Shown here piece after piece: positions 50,788 to 62,036 of a DNA stretch of 64,000 nt (position 1 is the first letter of the stretch; every line of letters starts with the position of its first letter). The notes beneath the pieces were generated by a model. The model saw only the letters and a program-made list of their open reading frames with translations, did not search any database and was not told the DNA's origin. Both the position numbers and the translations under genes were made by a program. This stretch comes from Octopus sinensis (lineage: Eukaryota), in contig NC_043000.1 in NCBI RefSeq assembly GCF_006345805.1, positions 2,728,001-2,792,000 on the forward strand, read 5' to 3'.

Positions 50788-51535
50788 TGGCACTAGCGTA
50801 GCTAGAGTGTGTGCCACCTAGGGCAACCCTTCTGTTTGCTGCCCCCAAACTCCACAAAAACACATATTGCCTACAACAATAGCCTACACAAAGATGAAAA
50901 GAAGTGCTGCCCCTTTAAAAGTGCTGCTAGGGCTGACCACTCCTACTGCCCCTGACCCACTAGTAAGTGGGTGTCATGGCCATAAAGGACATGTCTGTAT
51001 GTATGGATGGCTATGATTTTATATAGCTCAACCTGTCTTCTCAAGCATAGAAAATCACCGAAAGTTTCAGTTCCTTGTTATCTCCTCTGTGAGGCCTAAC
51101 ATCTAAAGAGCCTTTCTCACCACTTTGTTCACGTCTTCCTTGGTCTACCCCTTTCATAGGTTCCCTCCACAAGTATAGATCAGCACTTCATTATGCAGCT
51201 GTCCTCATCCATAACCATTACATAACCATACCCTTACAGTCTTTTCTCTTACATACTTCAACTCATGCTTCTTATACTCAATTTTTCTCTTAAACCATTT
51301 ACACTCTGTCGTACATGCACACTGACATTACCCACCCACTGGACTATGTGAGTTTCTTATTGTGTAAAAAAGGTCAGATCTTCTAGTGGTGGCGGTAGGG
51401 CAAAACTTTGTGAATTATTCTCTCAAGAACGATACAGGGTGTTGCTGCTTTAGTGACAATGGAGGGAAAAGTCATCAATATTGTGTAAATCTAATTTTAT
51501 TTTTTCTAGTGTTAAAACTTTCTTTTTATCTTTTA

Positions 51536-52049
51536 CTAGCAGTATCGCCCGGCGTTGCTCGGGTTTGTAAGGGAAATAACTATATAAGCATTTTTAGAGA
51601 GTTACTTCCCTTATAGATGCCAATTCGGGCTTTCTTGGCCATTTCTGTTTTGGTGTCTTCAAGCCATGAAGTCGTTGTTCTAAAAGAACGCTGGTCTCCT
51701 TGACAACGCTTTACGACATTGATTTCCTTACACTCCCTTCCCCACAGCTTCACGAGGGAGGGAAGAAGGGGGAGGAGCAACACAGGTGCAGATGTGACCA
51801 TGGACGCCAACTCTGCCACCATCGACACACGAAAAATTATGCATTAAAATGGAATAAAAAATGATGTTAAATTATTTTTAAAATTGTAGACTCATCGTAG
51901 ACGCGCGCTAATAGCCAGACGGGCTCGATATGAATCACGACTATAAGGTACCCGAATTTGGTTAAACTGCACCGCAAAATGTGGGAGTAGTTAGGAATCT
52001 AAATCGAAGGGGACAGACACTCACACAACTACAGTTTTATATATATAGA
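51536..52049 (-). mobile_element. Non-autonomous Helitron 1 (514 bp)
   Basis: Minus strand A|TCTATATATAT...hairpin CCCGAGCAACGCCGGG...CTAG|T: 5' TC, 3' CTAG, A|T insertion site, no TSD. Confidence 0.88.
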
Positions 52050-52334
52050 TATTGCTGAGATATTTAATTCTGATGAATTAATTTTTTCATACATATTTTA
52101 ATACTTACTTTTTATCCTATTGTTCTTTTACTGATTTTTAAAGATTTAAAAAAATCTTTTACTTGTTTTAAGCTTCTTTCAGTTTATGCTTACCAAATCC
52201 GTTCACAAGGCTTTGGTCAACCCAGGGCTATAGTAGAAGATACTTGCTCAAGGTGCCAAGCATTGAGACTGAACCCATGTCATTCAATAATGACAACAAC
52301 TGATGTCTCTCTCTGTGTATGAACATCTGTCTGT

Positions 52335-52619
52335 CTATCTATCAATATACACACACATACAGATATAGACACACATATACACACCTGCATATGTGTGCAT
52401 GTATGTGTGTATGTATGTGTGTATGTATGTATGTATGTATGTGTGTGTGTGTATGTGTGTATGTATGTATGCATGTATGTATGTATGAATGTATGTATGT
52501 ATGTATGCATGTATGTATGTATGTGTGTGTGTATGCATGTATGTATGTATGTATGTATGTATGTATGTATGTATGTATGTATGTGTGTGTGTGTGTATGC
52601 ATGCATGTATGTATGTATG

Positions 52620-52651
<32 letters not shown>

Positions 52652-52775
52652 TGTATGTATGTATGTATGCATGCATGCATGCATGTATGAATGTATGTAT
52701 GTATGTATGTATGCATGTATGTATGTATGTATGTATGTATGTATGTATGTATGCATGTATGTATGCATGTATGTA

Positions 52776-52808
<33 letters not shown>

Positions 52809-52900
52809 ACAAGTACCAATATACAAGTATATATATACACACTCATACAGATATAGACACACGCATACACACCTTCATATGTATGTATCTATGTATGTAT
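52335..52900. repeat. (TATG)n/(TG)n compound microsatellite
   Basis: Direct reading. Confidence 0.95.
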
Positions 52901-53356
52901 ACAAGTACCCTACCAATTTTTCAACAATATGCCAGGAGATTTAAATTTCCTGTGATCATTATTAATAATAACATTTTCACTACCAAACCTTCGGGACACA
53001 CATTTGTTTATTCACTAGTAACATACGAAGGCAGAAACACTTAATCTACACCTAACTATAATAATATGAAAGTGCAAATGTTTAAAACTAAATCTTACCC
53101 TTGAGAATCCTCCCTTTGAAGAGCAAGTTAATAGATAATTTTTACCTTTTAACCTTTTCTATGGAAAACATAGCATCCCAGCAGGAAAAAGAAAAAGTTA
53201 AATATATGCTCTTTATAGTTACATTTCAAGAGTAGGTGCAGTAGAAGCCTCGTAGTTAGAAGGTTAGTGCATAGCATTAGATTTTGTTTGTAATATTTGT
53301 GCCTTTACATTATTATAGAGGAAGACTTGGGAGAATGTTTTCCACTTTATAGCATA

Positions 53357-53746
53357 CTAGCAGTATCGCCCGGTGTTGCTCGGGTTTGTTTTGACCCTTT
53401 AGAATTGGAATTTTTGAAACGTAAAAATTTTGCATTATGTAGCTTGTTATTCACTTTAAGTGAACATTTTTCTGGTTGAAATACATCAAAAAATGGCGAC
53501 ACAGCAGTCAAAAAATCGTAAAAAATAGGGATTTTCATAGAAGAAAAGCACCTTTTTGATGTAAATAATTTTTGGTCTTAACATGGTCCGATTTGAATTT
53601 TATCTTCTACGGAATGAAAAGCAAGCCTTCTTCTATCATACTCTCAATTTTGGTCAACTTGCGCTGCAGGGTCTTGGAGGAGATAGTGTTAGATGAAGGC
53701 TACCAAACCTGCAACACACAGACAGTGTCGGCTTTATATATATAGA
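53357..53746 (-). mobile_element. Non-autonomous Helitron 2 (390 bp)
   Basis: Same 5' TCTATATATAT and 3' hairpin-CTAG termini as 51536-52049, with a different interior. Confidence 0.86.
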
Positions 53747-53914
53747 TTTATAGTGAATAAGTAGTGTTGATCTCTAACTGTGAAGGGACCCTGTGGAAGA
53801 GGTAGACCCAGGAAGACTTGGGACAAGCTAGTGAAGCATGATCTTTGAATGTTGAGCCTCATGGAGGTGATGACAAGTGACTGAGACCTTTGGCAATATG
53901 CTGTGCTTGAGTCA

Positions 53915-54390
53915 CCAATAACAAAAGTCTGGCTTGCACACAGATACCAAACCTCCTCATCCTACTTCAACAATGGTGCATCCATGTGCTGGTTCATCTA
54001 CACCACATACCAGATGGAAGGATCCCAAAAGGGAACACAAGGGCGATACTGACTTCATTGGAAAGATGTTTGCAAGAGTATCATGCAGTCTCTTGACATG
54101 AACATTGAACTTTGTGGGGAACATTGCTGATTAGTTCTCCTGTTGGAGATGGACAAAGGTTTAAAGAGATGAGAGAAGAAGCTAATGACTGCTCATAAAG
54201 AAAAGCATATTTGAAGAAAATGCAGCAGTGAGACAAGACTAACAGACAGCATCTTCAAGTATAGACTCTGAGCCATGACTGTCACTCGCTTACGGGGTCT
54301 TTACAGTCTCAGCAGATGTTGCTTTAGTCAAGAAAACCAAAACAAGACTATCCAGGTGCAGATCCATGATCTTGTGAAACTAACAGAAAA
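53915..54390 (+). mobile_element. Decayed RTE-clade LINE C-terminal fragment, second type
   Basis: LVHLHHIPDGRIPK ... LHWKDVCKSIMQSLDM resembles GHV.RM.DGRIPK...R.KD.CK. Confidence 0.6.
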
Positions 54391-55184
54391 CTCCTGACAT
54401 CATCATCAACATTATCATTGTTTTGATGTCTACTGTTCATACTTGCATGAGTCAAACGGAATTTATTCAGGCAATTCTTTTTTTCCAGTTGGATGCCCTA
54501 CCTATCATAAACCTTCATTATGTTCCAATTTTCCCATGGCCAAACTTGTTTGTACAGAAGACAGGTAATGAAGGACTCTGCTTGTATAACAGTGATGCTT
54601 GCTTTTAACTACCCTATGATGTAAAGACAATAGGCGTAGGAGTGGCTGTGTGGTAAGTAGCTTGCCTACCAACCACATGGTTCCAGGTTCAGTCCCACTG
54701 TGTGGCACCTTGGGCAAGTGTCTTCAACTATAGCCTTGGGCCAACCAAAGCCTTGTGAGTGGATTTGGTAGACAGAAACTGAAAGAAGCCCGTTATACAT
54801 ATGTATGCATATATGTATGTATACATATATGTATGTATACATATATGTATGTATGTGTGTGTGTGTTTGTGTGTCTGTGTTTGTCCCCCCCAACATCGAT
54901 TGACAACTGATGCTGGTGTGTTTACGTCCCTGTAACTTAGCGGTTCAGCAAAAGGGACCGATAGAACAAGTACTAGGCCTACAAAGAATAAGTCCTGGGA
55001 TCGATTTGTTCGACTAACTAAAAGAGTAAGAGTAAAAGAGATGTGCAAACACACACACATGAATATATAAATTAAAACAATAGTGAAGAGACAAACTTTT
55101 GGCAAGACTTGAGAGAGGCATTTAATTTAGCTATGACCTTGTCAAGACTTGCCAAACTGTTTGCCTTTTTCATTTCTGTTTTAA

Positions 55185-55220
<36 letters not shown>

Positions 55221-55269
55221 TATATATGTATAAATATAGCGAGAGAGAGAGACAGAGAGAGAGATAGAG

Positions 55270-55301
<32 letters not shown>

Positions 55302-55305
55302 GATA

Positions 55306-55348
<43 letters not shown>

Positions 55349-55871
55349 AAATCTATTTGCCAACATAAAGTGGCAGTCTTGCTTGGGACGATGTTACTAC
55401 CATTTTTTACCCCATACGTGTATATATATATATATATATATAGTGGCACGTAAAAAGCACCCACTACACTCGCGGAGTGGTTGGCGTTAGGAAGGGCATC
55501 CAGCTGTAGAAACACTGCCAGATCAAGATTGAAGCCTGGTGCAGCCTCCTGGCTTCCCAGACCCTGGTCGAACCGTCCAACCCGTGCTAGCGCGGAAAAC
55601 AGACGTTAAACGATGATGATGATGATGATGATGATATGGCGTTAGTGGTTGGCGTTAGGAAGGGCATCCAGCTGTAGAAACTCTGCAGATCAAGACTGGA
55701 GCCTGGTGCAGCCTCCTGGCTTCCCAGACCCTGGTTGAACTGTCCAACCCATGCTAGCATGGAAAGCGGACGTTAAACGATGATGATGATGATATATATA
55801 TAATCTTCATCATCGTTTAACATCCATTTTCCATGCTGGCATGGGTCAGATGGAAAAAAAAATGTTATCAA

Positions 55872-55943
55872 CAGACAGCCACGGACTCACACCTGCACCC
55901 TTTGCATACTGGCTGAATACCCTACCATTAAGCTAAACTGCCC
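55872..55943 (-). pseudogene. Degenerate tRNA-like unit
   Basis: GGGCAGT/GCTGTCT acceptor pairing, A-box-like TAGCTTAATGG, decayed B box GGTGTGAGTCC. The anticodon arm does not pair well. Confidence 0.5.
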
Positions 55944-55958
55944 ACTGACAAAAGTATT

Positions 55959-56032
55959 CACCCAGCATGGGTCTCGAACCCACGGACCCCGAGATTAGGA
56001 GTCTTGTGCTCTACTCACTGAACTAGCCGGGC
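55959..56032 (-). tRNA. tRNA-Lys(CTT)-type body with CCT (Arg) anticodon; probably a pseudogene or variant tRNA
   Basis: GCCCGGC TA GTTC AGTGAGTA GAGC A CAAGA CT-CCT-AA TCTCG GGGTCC GTGGG TTCGAGA CCCAT GCTGGGT G folds as a cloverleaf with one A:C mismatch in the anticodon stem. TTTT follows 5 nt downstream. Confidence 0.7.
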
Positions 56033-56345
56033 TAACATAAGTTTCTTTCATTTTCTGTCTACAAAATCCATTCAAAAAATTTTGGCTGAACCAAAGCTAT
56101 AGGAGAAGACACTTACTCAAAGTGCCATGCCGTGGGACTGAACCTAAACCTATATACTTGGGAAGGAAGCTTCTTAACCACACAACTGTGCCTGCCTGTA
56201 CACATTACACACACACACATAATATATATATATACACATAACACATATACATAAATGCATTAATACATACATACACATACATATGTATGTTGTGTACTTA
56301 ATCTCTTATCAGTTATTTACTTTATTTGTGTATATATATATATAT

Positions 56346-56376
<31 letters not shown>

Positions 56377-56570
56377 CTCTTTACTCTTTTACTTGTTTCA
56401 GTCATTTGACTGCGGCCATGCTGGAGCACCGCCTTTAGTCGAGCAAATCGACCCCGGGACTTATTCTTTGTAAGCCCAGTACTTATTCTATCGGTCTCTT
56501 TTGCCGAACCGCTAAGTGACGGGGACGTAAACACACCAGCAATGCTAGGGGACAAACACAGACACACAAT

Positions 56571-56660
<90 letters not shown>

Positions 56661-56890
56661 CATATATACGACAGGCTTCTTTCAGTTTCCGTCTACCAAA
56701 TCCACTCACAAGGCGTTGGTCGGCCCGGGGCTATAGCAGAAGACACTTACCCAAGATGCCACGCAGTGGGACTGAACCCGCGACCATGTGGTTGGTAGGC
56801 AAGCTACTTACCACACAGCCACTCCTGCGCCTATATATATATATATGTATATGTCTATATATATATATATATAATATATATATATATAAT

Positions 56891-56935
<45 letters not shown>

Positions 56936-57194
56936 TTCGTCTTTGTTCTTAATGATTTTTAACATCTTAAATTGTACTATTTGTTTGATTTTTTTCCCCC
57001 TTGTTTCATTATCTTTTTAGTCTCGGGACACACAGACACACACACACACACTCACACTTAAATATGTCGATATACATATATGTACTTGCTCATGCACACT
57101 CACACATGCATTCACAGACATATATATATACATGTGTGTGTGTATGTGTGCACATGCATGTATTTGTGTGTGTGCTTGTGTGTACTTATGTGTG

Positions 57195-57225
<31 letters not shown>

Positions 57226-57394
57226 CTGTGTGTATTTATGCTGTAAATCCCTCGCTTGACAGTCCAGAAAGTTCCGTTAACTACATACAACCAAAAACAG
57301 CTGATACACATCTAATCATATTTCTATCCTTGAGCAAGAATTACAACTGGTCAGTTAATCAATGCGATCGATAGTGACTGTTGGAGGTTGCAGC

Positions 57395-58195
57395 AGCGAT
57401 GGTGGTGGCAGTGGTGGTGGCAAGGGTGGGTGGGGTGGGTGTGTGGTTGTGGCAGTGGTGGTAGCGGCGGTGGGTAGTAAAGAAAGGACTTATTGATTTA
57501 CTCTGATCCCTGCCACCCCTGTCCACCACCACCACCACTACCACCACCACCACCCCCACTACCACCACCACCACCACCTCACCCTGTTACCCCCCCATCC
57601 TCCACCATTTTCTATTCCAACTTTTCTTTCGTCCAATAACTCGCTGAATATAAAAACCCAACAACAGCTGTTGTTCCGCTGTCTCTTGTTGAGTTTCAAA
57701 TATTTCACTGGCATGGACATCATCATCATCATCATCATCACACCCTCCACCACCACCGCCACCATCACCACCATCATTACCATCGTCTTTGTCGTTTTTG
57801 TTGTCATTAGGTGTAGAGTATTAATACAATTTTTATTACTGTTGCTACCATCACAACCTCACCACCGCCTCCATCACGATCTCAGCTCTCACCACCTCCA
57901 TGCCTCTACTGCCACTACCCATCACCATTAGCATTGCCATAGCTGCTCACCATCACCACTGCCGCCACCACCATCACCACCACCACCACCACCACTGCTC
58001 AATCTGCTATCATTATGATGACCATAGTGGCCAACAGAATCTTCACTACCACACCCAGCATCACACTTTGTTGCCAGATCCACCACCATCGTCACTGCTA
58101 CCGCCACCACTGCTGCCGCTGCCACCACCACCACCAATACCACTGCAACCACAATGACCATCACCACTCACCAATACCACCACCACCACCACCTT
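57395..58195. repeat. (GGT)n/(CAC)n/(CAT)n low-complexity region
   Basis: Direct reading; gives poly-His/Pro/Val pseudo-ORFs. Confidence 0.85.
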
Positions 58196-61100
58196 CATTG
58201 TTATTCTCAAATATTCTTTACTCTTCCCAGTCCTCAGTCAAATCGTCCAACCCATGCTAGCATGGAAAGCAGACGTTAAATGATGATGATGATGATGATG
58301 ATGATAATGATCCAGTGAAGTAGGCTTGCTAATCTCTCTCCAGTTTTCACATATCCTCTGCATACAATTTCATGTTTTGCTACCATGTAGTATCACTCTT
58401 TTTTAAAAGCGTCATTCAATCTGCCCTTCACTCTGGGAGAGAAGCCTTTCATTACCAGCAGAAATAATAGCTCTCTGAACTTTTTCCACCATACTTCATT
58501 TCTGGTTACTATGCTTTCAGAACGTTCACTTCTACTGTTAATAGAGAACTGATAACAGATGCAGGATCTGTGAAAACAATGCAAGTCCCATCTTAAGCAC
58601 AGGCACGCAGGTATTACTCTTTACTCTTTTACTATTTTACTTGTTTCAGTCATTTGACTGCGGCCATGCTGGAGCACCACCTTTAGTTCAGCAAATCGAC
58701 CCCAGGACTTATTCTTTGTAAGCCCAGTACTTATTCTATCGGTCTCTTTTGCCGAACCGCCAAGTGACGGGGACGTAAACACACCAGCATTGGTTGTCAA
58801 GCAATGCTAGGGGGACAAACACAGACACACACACACATATATACATATATACGACAGGCTTCTTTCAGTTTCCGTCTACCAAATCCACTCACAAGGCATT
58901 GGTCGCCCCGGGGCTATAGCAGAAGACACTTGCCCAAGATGCCACGCGGTGGGACTGAACCCGGAACCATGTGGTTGGTTAGCAAGCTACTTACCACACA
59001 GCCACTCCTGCGCCTATGGCTGTGTGGCTAAAAAGCTTGCTCATTTCAGGTTCAGTCCCACTGCTTGGTACCTTTTGCAAGTGTCTTCTACTATAGCTCC
59101 AGGCTGACCAATACTTTGTGAGTAAATTCAGCAGATGGAAACTGTGTGGAAGCCCATTGTATTTATATATGTATGTGTGTCTTTGTATTTGTGTCCCACC
59201 AACTCAACAACTGGTTCTGTTAAAAGAAAGTAACAGAATAAGGACCAGGCTTTAAAAAATAAGGGCTGAGAGTGATTTGTTCAGCTAAATTCTTTAAGGT
59301 GGTGTCCCAGCCAAAGCTGAATCACAGAAACAAGGCAATAGTAAAAAGTTGTCAAAAAATGTCATCATGACACTATCTACCCATTAGGCATGATGTCAGA
59401 GGCATGACAGTTTATGATGCACTCCAAAGAAAGGATAGTAGTAAAGATAAAAACACAAGTTACAAGGAGGTAGGATGCATACTCACTTGTAATATGAAAA
59501 AAATACTGGAGGAATGTTTCTGCTTAAACTTTTGTAAACTGTAGGCATAAGAGTAGACACAATAATTTTTTCTTCTTCTTCAGCCCTTTGCTTACTAGGA
59601 AGTGTAAGCCATTGATGACTCTTCTCCACCATTTTCAACTTCTGCTTTTCTCCAATTGGATCCCTGTCCTTCCTTTTAACTCTGCTTTAGTATCCTATCT
59701 CCAGCTATTTTGAGGGTATCCTTTCAGATTTTGTGAGGGGAGACCTTCTTCTCTCAGGTCTTGTTGGTTCTGAATGTTCATTGATATTTCTGTAACTAGG
59801 CTTTTTCTTTTAAGTTGGGGTGTTGGCCTAGAACAAAAGAACCCCAAAACTTAATAATTTGGAAGAGAAAAGAAATACTTATATTGTTTTTCAGGATGGT
59901 CGTTTTTTCTTCTTTTTTTTTGTCAATTAAACACATGCATTGTATATTTGTTTTTCACTCATTTATTACTGTTCTTATTCTAACCGATGTCCATTGTCTG
60001 GAAATCTTTCATCACACATCTGTGACTTCTTCAGGAACACTTTTCGTTTTCATGTGTACTCTTGCTCCACTTACTCCATTCTGCTCTTCTATGATGTGTA
60101 TCCTTGCATGCGCATGCATTTGCATTCATGTTTGTGTGTGTGTGTGTGTTAGCTTGTGTGTGTGTCATTGTTCTTAGCAGCAGTATGGTCTTCCCCTCAG
60201 CCCCTTCTTCTCACCCTGTTGTGCTGCTGCTGTCCTAGGACCCGAAAATTTGGTACTGTTCCTGTATCTCTCTGTGTTTGCGTGTTTGCCCATGGTGTTG
60301 CCATCGTGGTAGTTGTTGTTGTTGTTATTGCCATTGTTGTCACTGCTGCTGCTGCTGTCATTGTTAGTCATGTTGCTGATACTGTTGCGGCCGTCTGTGA
60401 AGTTATTGTGTGTGTATATAGATTCGTGGAGGCGTAATGGCCCAGTGGTTAGGGCAGCGGACTCGTGGTCGTAGGATTGCGGTTTCAATTCCCAGACCGG
60501 GCGTTGTGAGTGTTTATTGAGATAAAACACCTAAAGCTCCACGAGGCTCCGGCAGGGGATGGTGGTGATCCCTGCTGTACTCTTTCACCACAACTTTCTC
60601 TCACTCTTACTCCCTGTTTCTGTTGTACCTGTATTTCAAAGGCCCGGCCTTGTCACTCTCTGTGTCACGCTGAATATCCCCGAGAACTACGTTAAGGGTA
60701 CACGTGTCTGTGGAGTGCTCAGCCACTTACACGTTAATTTCACGAGCAGGCTGTTCCGTTGATTCGGATCAACCGGAACCCTCATTGTCGTAACCGACGG
60801 AGTGCTTCCCCCATATAGATTCACATCTTATGTTGTTTGTATTCATGCTCATTTTCATTTATTGCACAGTAGCCAAGCTTGAGCACCATCTTGTCGGGTT
60901 AGCTGAACAAATTGACCCCTGACTTTTTTGGTCTGTCTTTGCTAAAATGCAAAGTTACAGAAATACAGACAAACCAAGAAAACTTCAGTTTACCAAATTC
61001 ATTGACATATCAGTGGTCAGCTTTGTGACCACTGTAGAAGATACTTGCCCAAGGTGCCATGCAATGGCACTGAACTCAAAACCATGTAGTTGCAAAGTGA

Positions 61101-61497
61101 ACTTCTTCACCATACACAGCAATGCCTGTGTCTATGCTGAACTTATGTGAAGTATGTGGGTAGAAACTTGGACAATAACTTTAGATTTATACCTGTAATT
61201 ATCAGGGAACTCCAGTTTATAACTCACTGTCATGGCATGAACCTTGATTAGTCAGTTATCACAAAACCAGAAAAGACATCACTAATTAAGAAATGTCAGT
61301 TGCAAGCCATTAATGAAACTAAAAATATGTAAAACATTCCAGAAGTTTAGATAATGATAGGCATATATACACATGTGTGAACATCGAAATATATGTGTAT
61401 ATACACATATAAAACTCAGAAGATGCAGATTTGCATGTATAATAACATGCATACATAAATGTGTTTATATATATGTTTGTACATGCATGCATACATA

Positions 61498-62036
61498 CAT
61501 GGTGGCTGCCCCCTCGTTATGGAGTATGGCCATTGCACGAAGCTTAATCAATGTTGTTATCGTGCAATGCCTGTGCAAGAAGATTTTTTTTAAAGTGAAG
61601 AAAGGCTGTGCACCGAGTCAATCCCACTCACTAAGCAACAGCAGCCATAATCCGAAAAGAAGAACAAGTCAACATCATCGGTAACCACTGAGCCGCAGGT
61701 TTTATGTCGGAGTTATCCCAGTTACATGAGTTACCTTCTCCTAGAAGGATGCCCTAACAAAGGCTAGGAGTCCTTCACTCCCAATGGTTTAGCCGCGCGA
61801 TCGGGTATTCAGTCCGATTATTTCTATGTCCCTGCGCATGATACAGCCTTATGGCATTTACTGGATGGCCGTTGACTCTCAAGAGTTCCTCCGCCCTTTG
61901 ACGGGTTTTGCTTTTCATCCTGCAGGGTGTCCAATAAACACCCTTGGTGGGGTTGCCGGTTTAGTCGCCAACGACCCAACCATGCAACAGGTTGTACTGG
62001 GTTACATGTTACCAGTAGCACTCGAAAGTGACCTGA
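61498..62036. mobile_element. GC- and CpG-richer 540-bp insert flanked by (TACA)n, probably a non-autonomous LINE-derived element
   Basis: Abrupt composition shift, (CATA)n on both sides, several internal hairpins. Family not established. Confidence 0.45.

Noticed and set aside
61955-62036. HDV-like or twister ribozyme at the element end
   Set aside because: The required helix order and P2 pairing could not be satisfied by hand.
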